A DNA stretch of 64,000 nucleotides from Acidimicrobiales bacterium. GTDB lineage: Bacteria > Actinomycetota > Acidimicrobiia > Acidimicrobiales > Aldehydirespiratoraceae. The stretch lies in contig OZ220692.1 in assembly GCA_965116485.1 (NCBI GenBank), positions 2,459,152 to 2,523,151 on the forward strand, in the 5' to 3' direction. The translations under genes and the position numbers were made by a program. Positions 43,083-53,531 of this stretch are shown one piece after another. Position 1 is the first letter of the stretch. Each line of letters starts with the position of its first letter. The notes below the pieces were generated by a model that was not told the DNA's origin, ran no database searches, and was given only the letters and a program-made list of their open reading frames with translations.

Positions 43083-45800
43083 ATGGCTGACCACTTCTCT
43101 CGCCAACTGCCCGACATCGACCCCGCCGAAACGACCGAATGGATCGATTCCCTCGACGCAGTCCACGCAAGTCAAGGCCAGGCTCGGGCCCGCTACCTGC
43201 TCGCCAAGCTGCTCGAGCGCTCCAACGAGCTCCAGATCGGGGTTCCCCCCACCACCAGCACGCCATACATCAACACCATCCCCGCCGAATCGCAGCCCTT
43301 CTTTCCCGGCGACGAGAACATCGAGAGGCGCATCCGCGCGATCATCCGTTGGAACGCAGCCGCCATGGTGATCCGCGCCAACAAGACCGCTGACGGCATC
43401 GGCGGCCACCTGTCGACGTTCGCCTCCAGCGCGGCTCTCTACGAAGTCGGCTTCAACCACTTCTTCCGCGGCAAAGAAGACGGACTCCCAGGGGACCACG
43501 TGTACTTCCAGGGGCATGCCGCCCCGGGCGTCTACGCACGCGCCTTCCTCGAGGGAAGGCTCAACGAGCAACAGCTCGACAATTTTCGCATGGAAGTCGG
43601 CGGGAACGGCCTTTCGAGCTACCCGCACCCTCGCTTGATGCCGGAGTTCTGGGAGTACCCCACCGTCTCGATGGGTCTGGGCCCGATCAATTCGATCTAC
43701 CACGCTCGTTTCAACCGCTACATGCATCAACGCAAGATCGACGACACCTCCCAGAGCAACGTCTGGAGCTTTCTCGGCGACGGAGAATGCGACGAACCAG
43801 AAACCCTCGGCGCGATCGCTCTCGCAGGCCGATCCGACCTCGACAACTTGAAATGGATCGTCAACTGCAACCTGCAGCGGCTCGACGGCCCCGTCAGAGG
43901 CAACGGAAAGATCATCCAGGAACTCGAAGGCGTGTTCCGCGGCGCCGGCTGGAACGTCATCAAGGTAATCTGGGGCAGCCGCTGGGACGAGCTCCTGCAT
44001 CGCGACGTCGACGGAGTGCTGCTCAACAAGATGGCCGAGACAGTCGACGGCGAATACCAGCGTTTCGCAGTCGAAGACGGTGCCTACATCCGCGAGAAGT
44101 TCTTCGGACCGGACCCCCGGCTGCGCAAACTCGTAGAACACCTGAGCGACGACTACCTCAAAGCGCTCCCCCGCGGCGGCCACGACTACCAGAAGGTCTA
44201 CGCCGCGTTCAAAGCCGCAGCTCAGACCACTGGGCAGCCGACCGTGATCCTCGCCAAGACCATCAAAGGCTGGACCCTCGGCGAGGGATTCGAAGGGCGC
44301 AACGCCACCCACCAGATCAAGAAGATGACCAAGGCGCAGCTTCTGGAACTGAGGGCCAGGCTCCACATGGAGGATGAGATCTCCGAGGAGTCCCTCGAAG
44401 ACGGCATCCCGCCGTACTACCGGCCCTCACCCGACTCAGAGGAACGCGCCTACCTTATGGAGCGGCGCCGGGCCCTCGACGGGCCACTGCCCAGCCGCAT
44501 CGTGCGGGATCGCCGACCGCTCAAGCTGCCCAGCGAAGCCCCGTTCCTGGACCTTCAGAAAGGCTCGTCGGGGCGCGCGGTGTCGACCACGATGGCGTTC
44601 ACCGCGGTGCTTCGAGACCTGCTGAGAGACAAGCGGTTCGGCGAGCGTGTCGTTCCGATCGTTCCGGACGAGGCCCGAACCTTCGGCATGGACTCACTGT
44701 TTCGCGAGTTCCGGATCTACGCGCCGCAGGGGCAGCTCTATGAGCCCGTCGACCACGACCTGCTGCTCTCCTATGCCGAATCCGAGGACGGACAGATCCT
44801 CGAAGAGGGCATCACCGAATGCGGTTCGACCGCCGAATGGATCGCCGCGGGAACCGCTTACGCCAACAGCGGTGTTCCGATGGTTCCGTTCTACACGTTC
44901 TACTCGATGTTCGGGTTTCAACGGGTCGGCGACTCGCTGTGGGCGGCAGCCGATGCACGCACCCGAGGCTTCCTCATGGGCGCCACCGCCGGGCGCACCA
45001 CGCTGCTAGGCGAAGGACTCCAGCATCAAGACGGTCACAGCTTGCTGTTGGCCTCAACAGTCCCCTCCTGTGAAGCCTACGACCCCGCCTTCGCCTACGA
45101 GCTCGGCACGATCCTGCGCGAAGGCCTGCATCGGATGTACCCCGACGGGCGCTCCGCCGAAGGCGAAGACGTGTTCTACTACATCACGATCTACAACGAG
45201 AACTACGAGCAGCCCCCGCGCCCCGACCACGTGCAGGACCGCGACATCACCGACGGGATCTACAAATTCGACGACGGCCCGGACGGCACCGAGCGCCGTG
45301 CGACCATCCTCTTCTCCGGCACTCTGAACCTGGCAGCGCGCGAGGCCCAGCAGATCCTTGCGGACGACTACGGCATCGGCGCCGAACTCTGGAGCGTCAC
45401 CTCCTACAAGCGACTCCGTGCAGACGCGCTGGACGTGGAGCGCCGCAACCGGTTGTCACCGGACCGTCCCGCCGAAGTGGCCAACGTGACGCGCAGACTG
45501 AGCGACAGCGAGGGGCCGATCGTCGCCGTGTCCGACTGGATGACGCTGGTACCCGATCAGATAGCGCGATGGACACCCCGACCGCTGCATGTGCTGGGGA
45601 CCGACGGTTTCGGCCGATCCGACACCAGGGAGGCGTTGCGCCGATTCTTCGAGGTCGACGCCGGCAACATCGTGGTGGCAGTGCTGTCGGCCATGCTCGA
45701 AGAGGGCACCGCGAGCCGCGAGGAAGTCAGCCGTGCCATCGCCAAGGCCGGTATCGACCCGTACCGGCCCGACCCGGCCCATCCCGAGACCGGTGCCTGA
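43083..45800 (+). CDS. aceE: Pyruvate dehydrogenase E1 component, homodimeric type
   Basis: 905 aa with GGHLSTFASSAALYEVGFNHFFRG. Length and motifs are typical of AceE. Confidence 0.9.
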   Translation: MADHFSRQLPDIDPAETTEWIDSLDAVHASQGQARARYLLAKLLERSNELQIGVPPTTSTPYINTIPAESQPFFPGDENIERRIRAIIRWNAAAMVIRANKTADGIGGHLSTFASSAALYEVGFNHFFRGKEDGLPGDHVYFQGHAAPGVYARAFLEGRLNEQQLDNFRMEVGGNGLSSYPHPRLMPEFWEYPTVSMGLGPINSIYHARFNRYMHQRKIDDTSQSNVWSFLGDGECDEPETLGAIALAGRSDLDNLKWIVNCNLQRLDGPVRGNGKIIQELEGVFRGAGWNVIKVIWGSRWDELLHRDVDGVLLNKMAETVDGEYQRFAVEDGAYIREKFFGPDPRLRKLVEHLSDDYLKALPRGGHDYQKVYAAFKAAAQTTGQPTVILAKTIKGWTLGEGFEGRNATHQIKKMTKAQLLELRARLHMEDEISEESLEDGIPPYYRPSPDSEERAYLMERRRALDGPLPSRIVRDRRPLKLPSEAPFLDLQKGSSGRAVSTTMAFTAVLRDLLRDKRFGERVVPIVPDEARTFGMDSLFREFRIYAPQGQLYEPVDHDLLLSYAESEDGQILEEGITECGSTAEWIAAGTAYANSGVPMVPFYTFYSMFGFQRVGDSLWAAADARTRGFLMGATAGRTTLLGEGLQHQDGHSLLLASTVPSCEAYDPAFAYELGTILREGLHRMYPDGRSAEGEDVFYYITIYNENYEQPPRPDHVQDRDITDGIYKFDDGPDGTERRATILFSGTLNLAAREAQQILADDYGIGAELWSVTSYKRLRADALDVERRNRLSPDRPAEVANVTRRLSDSEGPIVAVSDWMTLVPDQIARWTPRPLHVLGTDGFGRSDTREALRRFFEVDAGNIVVAVLSAMLEEGTASREEVSRAIAKAGIDPYRPDPAHPETGA

Positions 45801-46371
45801 GAAGCCACGGCCCACCGAGGGCACACTCGTCGTCACCGGAGACCCCGAAGCGGACCACCTGCTCAACACCAACCCGCTCGCACTGTTGATCGGCATGCTG
45901 CTCGACCAGCAGGTCCCGATCGAATGGGCCTTCGCGGGGCCCTTCCGACTGGCCCAACGACTCGGTGGCACCCTCGACGCCGCCCAGATCGCCGCCATGG
46001 ACCCGGAGGAATTGGTTTCGGTCGCCGCACAGAAACCCGCAGTCCACCGCTTCCCGGCCATGATGGGCCGGCGCATCCACAAGCTGTGCGAGCATCTCGT
46101 CGACACATGGGACAGCAACCCGGAATCGCTGTGGGCAGGCACCGATGATGCTGAAGTGGTTTACAAGCGACTCTTGGCGTTGCCCGGCTACGGCCCGGTG
46201 AAAGCCCAGATCTTCATGGCCATTCTCGCCAAACGCTTCGACTGCCGGCCATCAGGCTGGGAGACGATCGCCGGCGTGTTCGCTTCAGAAGATCTCCGCA
46301 GCGTCGCCGACCTCGGCGAGCAGGGCGCTCTCAGCCGGCTCCGCGAGAAACGCCGATCTGAGAAAAGCTAG
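45793..46371 (+). CDS. HhH-GPD-type base-excision-repair-like protein
   Basis: In ORF 45589-46371 the plausible start is GTG 45793, overlapping the aceE stop. LLIGMLLDQQVPIEWAF and PAVHRFPAMMGRRIHKLCEHL. Confidence 0.6.
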   Translation: MPEKPRPTEGTLVVTGDPEADHLLNTNPLALLIGMLLDQQVPIEWAFAGPFRLAQRLGGTLDAAQIAAMDPEELVSVAAQKPAVHRFPAMMGRRIHKLCEHLVDTWDSNPESLWAGTDDAEVVYKRLLALPGYGPVKAQIFMAILAKRFDCRPSGWETIAGVFASEDLRSVADLGEQGALSRLREKRRSEKS

Positions 46372-46422
46372 AGCCGAAAGATCCCGAGACTCAGGCGCCG
46401 GCTGATCCGCAGGGTTTGGGCC

Positions 46423-47307
46423 TCAGGCAACCTCTGACAGCAGTCGGTTGCGTTGTCTGTCCAACCAACCGAGAACAACCGCTACAGCCCGAGGATCATG
46501 GCGCAAGTGATGGCTCGCCCCGTCGATGATCCGCAAGTCGGCCTCACCGTGCGAGTCAGCAACAGCGCGGGCATCCAACACGGGCACCACCTCGTCATCG
46601 CTGCCATGGATCAGCAGCAGCTCGCGAGGGGACAGAACAACCGCAGCCTTGCTGGCATCAACGGAACGCAGCTGCTGCGACCAATCACCGAAGTCCTCCG
46701 GAAAGTCGCGGTCGCGGATCGCTCCCATCTCGCGTGCGAGTACAAGCAACTTACGGGGACTGCGGGCCCAGTCGCTGAAATCGGCCGGTAGCGAAATCGC
46801 GCAGACACCCCGGATCGATTCGTCCGCCGCGCCGGCTTCGACCGCCAGTGCACCACCAGTGCCGAACCCCAGCAGCCAAACACCGTCGCAGTGAACCGAC
46901 TCACGCAGAAAGGCGATCGCACCTTGAAGGTCCCGCAGCCAACCCTCGAGCGAAAAGTCACCGCCAGACTGTGCGATCCCCCTGCTCGAATATGTCAGCG
47001 CAGCCCAGCCGCACTCCGTAGCCACGCGATCGGCCAGACCCGGAAAGCTCGAAGTCGAGTTGATCCCGCCGCCGGCCTCTGCCGGGAAACCGTGAGCGAT
47101 CACCAGCCCCGGTTGGGCCGCACCGCGATTCTGGCGAGGTCGAGCGAGATGGGCTTCCAACTCGATCCCGTCGACAAAAAACCGGCTGTCCACGAAAGCG
47201 CCGCTTCGCCACTCAGGTTGAACGCAACCGGTAGCCGCGGTTGCGGGCTTCGGCCAGCGTGTCTGGTCCGAAAGCCAACCCATGGGGGCCCTCGGCAAGC
47301 TCCGCAA
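46423..47307 (-). CDS. Alpha/beta-fold protein (dienelactone-hydrolase-like); start uncertain
   Basis: VIAHGFPAE and LLGFGTGGALAV (nucleophile elbow with Gly where Ser is expected). The 5' 95 nt overlap ORF 47213-47569, so the true start is probably internal (for example GTG near 47193). Confidence 0.5.
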   Translation of the reverse strand: MRSLPRAPMGWLSDQTRWPKPATAATGCVQPEWRSGAFVDSRFFVDGIELEAHLARPRQNRGAAQPGLVIAHGFPAEAGGGINSTSSFPGLADRVATECGWAALTYSSRGIAQSGGDFSLEGWLRDLQGAIAFLRESVHCDGVWLLGFGTGGALAVEAGAADESIRGVCAISLPADFSDWARSPRKLLVLAREMGAIRDRDFPEDFGDWSQQLRSVDASKAAVVLSPRELLLIHGSDDEVVPVLDARAVADSHGEADLRIIDGASHHLRHDPRAVAVVLGWLDRQRNRLLSEVA

Positions 47308-47569
47308 TGACAGACTCGTCTGTCACGTCGTCAAGGTCATAAACCACTTGGACTCGCTTATCGCCCAGATAGCGGCTGTTCTCGTATCGAGCCGGTCGTT
47401 CCATCCACGCAACATAGCGGCGAACGAGACCAAAAGGAGAACCGCCCCAAGGCCGCGAAAGCCCTGAGACGGTTCTCGAGTATTGCTTGAAAAACAATGT
47501 TTGCTGGAAAGCCCAGGGAGTGGTGGCACCTTGCGATGCCGCACCAGGCGTGACATATTCCCGGTCCAC
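47213..47569 (-). CDS. Hypothetical protein
   Basis: 118-aa ORF. No family recognised with confidence. Confidence 0.3.
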   Translation of the reverse strand: MDREYVTPGAASQGATTPWAFQQTLFFKQYSRTVSGLSRPWGGSPFGLVRRYVAWMERPARYENSRYLGDKRVQVVYDLDDVTDESVIAELAEGPHGLAFGPDTLAEARNRGYRLRST

Positions 47570-47752
47570 CTAGCCCCAGGGGTGGAGCTGGCTTGGTTTG
47601 CGCCAGTGGTCCAGCAGCTGTTCTAGCGGCCAGCCACCTCCAAGGTCACAGATCTTCTACACACTGCGGGACCACCTCCTTTCTTTGGTGCCAATAGTGA
47701 AGCACAAAAGCGCGTGGGAGTGTGGGATATTTTCTCGGTCCGGGAAACGTGC

Positions 47753-48208
47753 TTACGAATCCGCCAGTTCATCGCCGACCTCGTCGCCCACTGCGCCGAT
47801 CGCGGCCAAGTACCTGTACTGAAGTTCGAGCACACACACCACGTCGACCGCTTCCGGACCAGCCGAAGCCATCGAGCGGGCAACGATCGCGTCTATCGCC
47901 GCTTCGTCCGCGGCGACCGCCCCATCGATGCGGACGCGCTCAGTCGCCAGTTCTTGACCGTGGCGCGAGGCGACCCCGACGTCTTGGAACCAGTCCAGGT
48001 GCCACTTGAGGACTTGGGTGACATCGTCATATGAGATCCGAGCTGTCACTTCCTCGGGCAGCCTCTGCGCGATCCACAACACCGCGTCGTTGAGGTCGTA
48101 GACCGCGGGGTTGCGCTCGACCTCCAACCGCCCGACTGCCTGCCCGACAGCGACGAAGGCGATCACCACAACGACTAAGGCACCGACACCGAAGAAGATC
48201 CACTCCAA
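47753..48208 (-). CDS. Hypothetical N-terminally membrane-anchored protein
   Basis: 151 aa with one N-terminal hydrophobic helix (WIFFGVGALVVVVIAFVAV). Confidence 0.4.
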   Translation of the reverse strand: MEWIFFGVGALVVVVIAFVAVGQAVGRLEVERNPAVYDLNDAVLWIAQRLPEEVTARISYDDVTQVLKWHLDWFQDVGVASRHGQELATERVRIDGAVAADEAAIDAIVARSMASAGPEAVDVVCVLELQYRYLAAIGAVGDEVGDELADS

Positions 48209-48231
48209 GCCGCGTCACCCCTGCGAGGCCG

Positions 48232-49347
48232 TTAGATCCCGATGCGCTGGGCGAGCAGTTCGCGATGGTAGGTCGGATCGCCGAACAGCAGCTCGGAACT
48301 CTTGGCTCGCTTGAAGTAGAGGTGAGCGGGATGCTCCCACGTGAAGCCGATACCGCCATGGATCTGGATGTTCTCCGCGGCGGCATGAAAATAGGCCTCT
48401 GAGCAGTAGCTCTTGGCCAACGACGCAACCTGGCCCAACTCGTCGTTCATTTCCGCGGCACACCAACCCGCGTAGTAGGCGGCGGACTTCGCCGACTCGA
48501 CCTCCAGAAGCATGTCGGCACACTTGTGCTTGATGGCTTGGAAGGAACCGATCGGACGGCCGAACTGGACACGGACCTTGGCGTACTCGACCGACATGTC
48601 CAGACACATCTGCGCACCGCCCACCTGTTCAGCCGCCAGCGCCACCGCTGCCAGGTCGAGCACCGTCTCCAAGGCTTCCCAACCGGCGCCGTCTCGGCCT
48701 ATCAACTCGGCGGACACACCCGAGAACTCCAACTTGGCCTGCTTGCGGGTCTGGTCCATTGTCGACAGCGCAGTGCGGGTCAGGCCTTCCGCGTCGGCTG
48801 CAACACTGAACAACGACACTCCCGCGTCGCTTCGAGCAGCCACCAGGATCAGATTGGCGGTGTGACCGTCGAGCACATACATCTTCGTGCCGTCGAGCGT
48901 CCAGGAGTCGCCGTCGGCTGAGGCCTGCATGGTGATCCCGCCTTCGTCCCAACGGCCGTTCTCCTCGGTGAAGGCGAGAGTTGCTCGGGTCTCCCCCGCG
49001 GCGATTCCCGGAAGGTGGGCGTTCTTGGCATCCTCATCGCCGCTTTGCAGAAGCGTGTTGGCGGCGAGCACGCACGACGAGAAGTACGGAGCGCACAGCA
49101 GGGCCCGACCCATCTCCTCGAGCACCACGATCTGCTCGACGAATCCGAAACCCTGACCTCCGTACTCTTCGGGAATCGCCAGCGCTTGCAGACCCATTTG
49201 TTCGGCCATCTGGTTCCAGACGGCGTCATCGTATCCAACCTCAGTGTCCATCTGCTCACGCACTGACGTTTCGGGCGACTTGTCTTCCAAGAAGCTGCGG
49301 ACGAACTCACGCAACTGTTCCTGCTCTTCTGAGAATGCAAAGTTCAT
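48232..49347 (-). CDS. Acyl-CoA dehydrogenase
   Basis: Start MNFAFSEEQEQLREFV (ATG 49347). RVQFGRPIGSFQAIKHKCADM and IQIHGGIGFTWEHPAHLYFKRA. Confidence 0.85.
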   Translation of the reverse strand: MNFAFSEEQEQLREFVRSFLEDKSPETSVREQMDTEVGYDDAVWNQMAEQMGLQALAIPEEYGGQGFGFVEQIVVLEEMGRALLCAPYFSSCVLAANTLLQSGDEDAKNAHLPGIAAGETRATLAFTEENGRWDEGGITMQASADGDSWTLDGTKMYVLDGHTANLILVAARSDAGVSLFSVAADAEGLTRTALSTMDQTRKQAKLEFSGVSAELIGRDGAGWEALETVLDLAAVALAAEQVGGAQMCLDMSVEYAKVRVQFGRPIGSFQAIKHKCADMLLEVESAKSAAYYAGWCAAEMNDELGQVASLAKSYCSEAYFHAAAENIQIHGGIGFTWEHPAHLYFKRAKSSELLFGDPTYHRELLAQRIGI

Positions 49348-49497
49348 GCGCTGCACTCTACGACGCAGGCACCACAAGTCCAATTGAATGCATATCCCCG
49401 CTGACCGCTGCGACGTACGACGGGTCCGCTGAACGAGAGGGCGTAATTTCTCCTATGGCCGTAGTGCGAAACAGGTGGTGCTCGTAAACTGGAGGAC

Positions 49498-50256
49498 ATG
49501 ACGGAACCGCTGTTCGAGATCGACGGTCTGCACGCCTCCACCGTCGAAGGCGACATCGAAATCCTCAAGGGCGTCGACCTGCAGGTAGGAGTCGGCGAGG
49601 TGCACGCCCTCATGGGGCCCAACGGCTCAGGCAAGAGCACACTCGCCAACGTGATCCTAGGGAGCCCCGAATACCAGGTCACCGCCGGTTCAATTCGGTT
49701 CCGCGGCGAGGACATCACGCAGTGGCCCACCGATGTGCGAGGCAAAACCGGGCTGTTCCTGGCCTTCCAGTATCCCCAGGAGATCCCCGGCGTCTCGGTC
49801 CTCAATTTCCTGCGACAGTCGCTGTCGGCGCGCAAGGGCATCGACATGTCCGTGCTCGAACTCCGCCTGGCGATCATGGAATGGATGGACCGCCTCAACA
49901 TGGACGCGTCCTTCGCTGAGCGGTACGTCAACGAAGGCTTCTCCGGCGGCGAGAAGAAACGCAACGAGATACTGCAGATGGCAATACTCGAACCAGAGAT
50001 GGCGATCCTCGACGAGACCGACTCCGGGCTCGACATCGACGCGCTGCGTGTGGTGGCCACCGGAGTGCAGGAGGTGCGCACAGAGCGGCCAGAACTCGGC
50101 GTGCTGGCCATCACCCACTACCAGCGGCTGCTCTCTGAACTGCATCCCGATCAGATCCATGTGATCATCGACGGGCGCATCGTGGAGTCCGGGGGCCTGG
50201 AGTTGGTCCAACGACTGGAAGCCGAAGGCTACGAGAGGTTCGGAGTGAAACCATGA
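49498..50256 (+). CDS. sufC: Fe-S cluster assembly ATPase SufC (copy 1)
   Basis: MGPNGSGKSTLANV and FSGGEKKRNEILQM. Followed by sufS and sufU. Confidence 0.9.
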   Translation: MTEPLFEIDGLHASTVEGDIEILKGVDLQVGVGEVHALMGPNGSGKSTLANVILGSPEYQVTAGSIRFRGEDITQWPTDVRGKTGLFLAFQYPQEIPGVSVLNFLRQSLSARKGIDMSVLELRLAIMEWMDRLNMDASFAERYVNEGFSGGEKKRNEILQMAILEPEMAILDETDSGLDIDALRVVATGVQEVRTERPELGVLAITHYQRLLSELHPDQIHVIIDGRIVESGGLELVQRLEAEGYERFGVKP

Positions 50257-51482
50257 CCCTCCCCGCCGCCATCAAATCCGACTTTCCGCTGTTGGACCAA
50301 CAGTTCCACGGTCATCAACTCGTCTACCTCGACTCCGCCAACACCTCGCAGAAACCACAGGTCGTCATTGATGCGATGGCCGACTACTACGAAACCACCA
50401 ACGCCAACGTCCATCGCGGCAGCTACGAACTCGCCGTTCGTGCAACCGACGCTCTTGAAGGCGCCCGAGCCAAGATCGCCTCGTTCATCAACGCCCCCTC
50501 GGTCGCCGAGGTCGTCTTCACCAAGAACGCAACCGAGTCGATGAACCTCCTGGCCCGCTCCTGGGCCGAAACGAATCTCAACGCAGGCGACGCAGTGGTC
50601 ATCAGCGAGATGGAGCACCATGCCAACATCGTTCCCTGGCACATCCTGCGAGCCCAAAAGGACATAGAACTGCGCTGGATCCCGGTCGACGAGTCCGGCC
50701 ACCTCGATCTCAGCGACATAGACCGGCTCCTCGACGGCGCCAAGCTTCTCTCGGTGACAGCGATGAGCAACGTGCTCGGCACCCTCAACCCGATCGCCCA
50801 GCTTTCCGAACGTGCCCACGCGGCGGGAGCGCTCATGGCTGTGGACGCAAGTCAGTACGTCCCCCACGTGCCCACCGACGTGCAAGCACTCGGAGCGGAC
50901 TTTCTGGTCTTCACCGGTCACAAAATGCTCGCCCCGATGGGAATCGGCGTGCTTTGGGCCAAAGCCGAGCTGCTAGACGCCATGCCGCCCTTCCTCGGAG
51001 GCGGAGAGATGATCCTCAACGTCACCAAAGACGGTTTCACCACCAATGAGATCCCGTGGAAATTCGAGGCCGGCACACCGATGGTCGCTGAAGCCGTGGG
51101 GCTCGGCCGTGCCGTCGACTACCTGAGCGATCTGGGCATGGACAATGTCCGCCAACACGAAATCGAACTCACCGCCTATGCCCTGCGGACGCTCACCGAA
51201 CGCCACGGTGACAAGATCACCGTTCACGGCCCGACGGAACCGGCTGAACGCGGCGGGGTCATGTCGTTCATCTACGGCGATGTGCACCCCCATGACGTCG
51301 CCCAGGTGCTCGACCAGTCCGGGATCGCGGTGCGCGCGGGCCACCACTGCGCGAAGCCGCTCATGGACGTGCTCGGCACCAATGCCACCTCTCGTGCGTC
51401 CCTCTACGTGTACAACGACAGATCCGACCTCGACAAGCTCGCCGATGCCCTCAGCGCAGTCGACGACATCTTCTCTTTCTAG
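50253..51482 (+). CDS. sufS: Cysteine desulfurase SufS
   Basis: HANIVPW, FTGHKMLAPMGIGVL (PLP Lys), RAGHHCAKPL (catalytic Cys). Confidence 0.9.
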   Translation: MTLPAAIKSDFPLLDQQFHGHQLVYLDSANTSQKPQVVIDAMADYYETTNANVHRGSYELAVRATDALEGARAKIASFINAPSVAEVVFTKNATESMNLLARSWAETNLNAGDAVVISEMEHHANIVPWHILRAQKDIELRWIPVDESGHLDLSDIDRLLDGAKLLSVTAMSNVLGTLNPIAQLSERAHAAGALMAVDASQYVPHVPTDVQALGADFLVFTGHKMLAPMGIGVLWAKAELLDAMPPFLGGGEMILNVTKDGFTTNEIPWKFEAGTPMVAEAVGLGRAVDYLSDLGMDNVRQHEIELTAYALRTLTERHGDKITVHGPTEPAERGGVMSFIYGDVHPHDVAQVLDQSGIAVRAGHHCAKPLMDVLGTNATSRASLYVYNDRSDLDKLADALSAVDDIFSF

Positions 51483-51493
51483 GAGACCACAAG

Positions 51494-52003
51494 ATGATTG
51501 GACTCGAAGACCTGTACCGCGAGATCATCCTCGACCACTACCGGACGCCCCGCAACCGAGGTGAGCTCGAAACCCCGCCGGCGCGTCGGGTCGAAGGCTT
51601 CAACCCGCTGTGCGGCGACGAGATCATCGTCTACCTGCAGGTCGACGATTCAGGGGTGATCGACGATGTCGCAATAGGCGGTCAGGGCTGTTCCATCAGC
51701 CAATCCTCAGCCTCGATGATGTCGGTGGCGATAAAGGGCAAGACGGTTGAAGACGCTCGCAAGCTGATCGTGGCCTTCAAGGGACTCATGTCGATCCATG
51801 AGACCGAAATCGGCGGCGACGGCAGCGAAGCAGCCCTGGGCATCGAGCTCGAAGGATCAGCACTCGAAGGAACAGCCGAGGACATGAAGCTCGGTGATCT
51901 CGAAGCCCTGCGCGGTGTGGTGAAATTCCCGATCCGGATCAAGTGCGCCACGCTGAGCTGGAACACACTCGCCCAAGCGCTCGACGAAGCCGCCGCAGCC
52001 TGA
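51494..52003 (+). CDS. sufU: SUF-system NifU/SufU-type scaffold or sulfur-transfer protein
   Basis: LYREIILDHYRTPRNRGEL, NPLCGDEI, GQGCSISQSSASMM, KCATLSW. Confidence 0.85.
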   Translation: MIGLEDLYREIILDHYRTPRNRGELETPPARRVEGFNPLCGDEIIVYLQVDDSGVIDDVAIGGQGCSISQSSASMMSVAIKGKTVEDARKLIVAFKGLMSIHETEIGGDGSEAALGIELEGSALEGTAEDMKLGDLEALRGVVKFPIRIKCATLSWNTLAQALDEAAAA

Positions 52004-52011
52004 GAACCGAC

Positions 52012-52059
52012 GCTGTTCAGCCAGTCCGCTGTTCAGCCGGTCAGCTGGTCAGCCGGTCA
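52012..52059. repeat. 3 x 16-bp tandem repeat between sufU and the convergent pterin dehydratase gene
   Basis: gctgttcagccagtcc / gctgttcagccggtca / gctggtcagccggtca. The last unit overlaps the stop of 52049-52357. Confidence 0.8.
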
Positions 52060-52357
52060 GCTTCTCGACCCGTTCTATCCAGGCTCGATCGTTGTTTGAT
52101 ATACCGCCTGCGGCGTGGTCGGTGATGGCGATGTCGACCCGGTTGTAGACATTGCTCCACTCGGGATGGTGAAACAACCTCTCCGAAACCACAGCAACCT
52201 TTGCCATGAAGCCGAAGGCGTCGACGAAATCAGCGAATTCGTAGCTGCGACAGAGTCGGTCCCCTTCACGTCGCCATTCGCCGAACTCCGCCAGCAGTTC
52301 GGCAATCTCATCTTCAGTCAGCAGAGTCCTAGCCATGGCAACAGTCTGCCCCGGCAA
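52049..52357 (-). CDS. 4a-hydroxytetrahydrobiopterin (pterin-4-alpha-carbinolamine) dehydratase
   Basis: 102 aa with FMAKVAVVSERLFHHPEWSNVYNRVDI. Confidence 0.85.
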   Translation of the reverse strand: MPGQTVAMARTLLTEDEIAELLAEFGEWRREGDRLCRSYEFADFVDAFGFMAKVAVVSERLFHHPEWSNVYNRVDIAITDHAAGGISNNDRAWIERVEKLTG

Positions 52358-52363
52358 TCCGTC

Positions 52364-53170
52364 TCAGGCGAGCGGATCGGCAAAAGGATCCACAAATGGG
52401 TCTTCTAGGAGCTTTGACCCAGACGTGGTCGGTGGCGGCGAATCACTCCAGCGCTCATAACCGGTGTCTTCCAACTCTTGGGCCAACTCCGCGCCACCGG
52501 TCTGTTGGATTCGACCCCCCGCGAACACATGCACCGTGTCGGGCCGCAGCTGCTCGAACAGGCGGCTGTAGTGGGTGATGGCGAGAACTCCCACGGCGTC
52601 CTCCTCGGTGGCCGCCTCCACCCGAGCGCTCACCAGCCGCAACGCATCGAAGTCAAGGCCCGAATCGAGTTCGTCGAGGATCGCGAAGCGCGGACGCAAC
52701 ACCCCGAGCTGCAACGTCTCATTGCGCTTCTTCTCACCGCCGGAGAGATCGACGTTGAGCGGCCGCTCCAGGAACTTCTCGTCGAAACCGATGCGCTCAG
52801 CCTCGGCTCGCATCAACGATCCGATCTCTTCGGCATTGTCGCTGGTGCTAACGGATGCTCGCAGCAGATCCCGCAACGCCACTCCGGGGACCTCCGTCGG
52901 ATACTGCATGGCCAAGAACAAACCGGCTTTGGCTCGCTCCCAGACCGGCAGATCCAGCAGTTCAACGCCATCAAGACGCACGGAACCACCCAGCACTTCG
53001 AGACCGGGGCGACCGACCAGGGCATGGGCGAGGGTCGACTTTCCCGAACCGTTGGGGCCCATGACCGCATGGACCTCACCCGAAGCCATCGTCAGGTCGA
53101 CGCCCTTGAGGATCTCCTGTCCCGCAACACGAGCCCGCAGACCCTCGATCACCAGCTCACTCATCGCCAC
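52364..53170 (-). CDS. sufC: Fe-S cluster assembly ATPase SufC (copy 2, divergent paralogue)
   Basis: MGPNGSGKSTLAHA and LSGGEKKRNETLQL. Last gene of the minus-strand sufB...sufD-Rieske-sufC operon. Confidence 0.85.
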   Translation of the reverse strand: MAMSELVIEGLRARVAGQEILKGVDLTMASGEVHAVMGPNGSGKSTLAHALVGRPGLEVLGGSVRLDGVELLDLPVWERAKAGLFLAMQYPTEVPGVALRDLLRASVSTSDNAEEIGSLMRAEAERIGFDEKFLERPLNVDLSGGEKKRNETLQLGVLRPRFAILDELDSGLDFDALRLVSARVEAATEEDAVGVLAITHYSRLFEQLRPDTVHVFAGGRIQQTGGAELAQELEDTGYERWSDSPPPTTSGSKLLEDPFVDPFADPLA

Positions 53171-53531
53171 TCCCCCGAGTCGGTGAACCCCGGCCGGCGC
53201 CGGGAGGTTCGGCGCCTTCGGAGATCAGGATCCGGATCATTCCGTCCACCACCGACACGTCATAGACGGGCACAGGACGAACCGCTGGAAGAGTCTCCGG
53301 CTCGCCGGTCTTTAGATCGAACATCGCCCCGTGGCGCCAGCACTCGAGCAGGCAGTCCTCGGTGTCGACGTAGCCCTCCGACAAAGAGACATCCTCATGA
53401 CTGCAGATGTCGCCGATGGCATACACGTCGTCATCGATGCGGACCAGCGAAATCTGGTGTCCTTCCAGTTCCACCTTGCGCGCCGTGCCGGATTCAAGCT
53501 CCTCGAGCGCGAACAGCTCGTGGAGGCTCAC
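53157..53531 (-). CDS. Rieske [2Fe-2S] ferredoxin-like protein
   Basis: CSHEDVSLSEG and CWRHGAMFD (CxH...CxxH). Confidence 0.8.
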   Translation of the reverse strand: MSLHELFALEELESGTARKVELEGHQISLVRIDDDVYAIGDICSHEDVSLSEGYVDTEDCLLECWRHGAMFDLKTGEPETLPAVRPVPVYDVSVVDGMIRILISEGAEPPGAGRGSPTRGSGDE

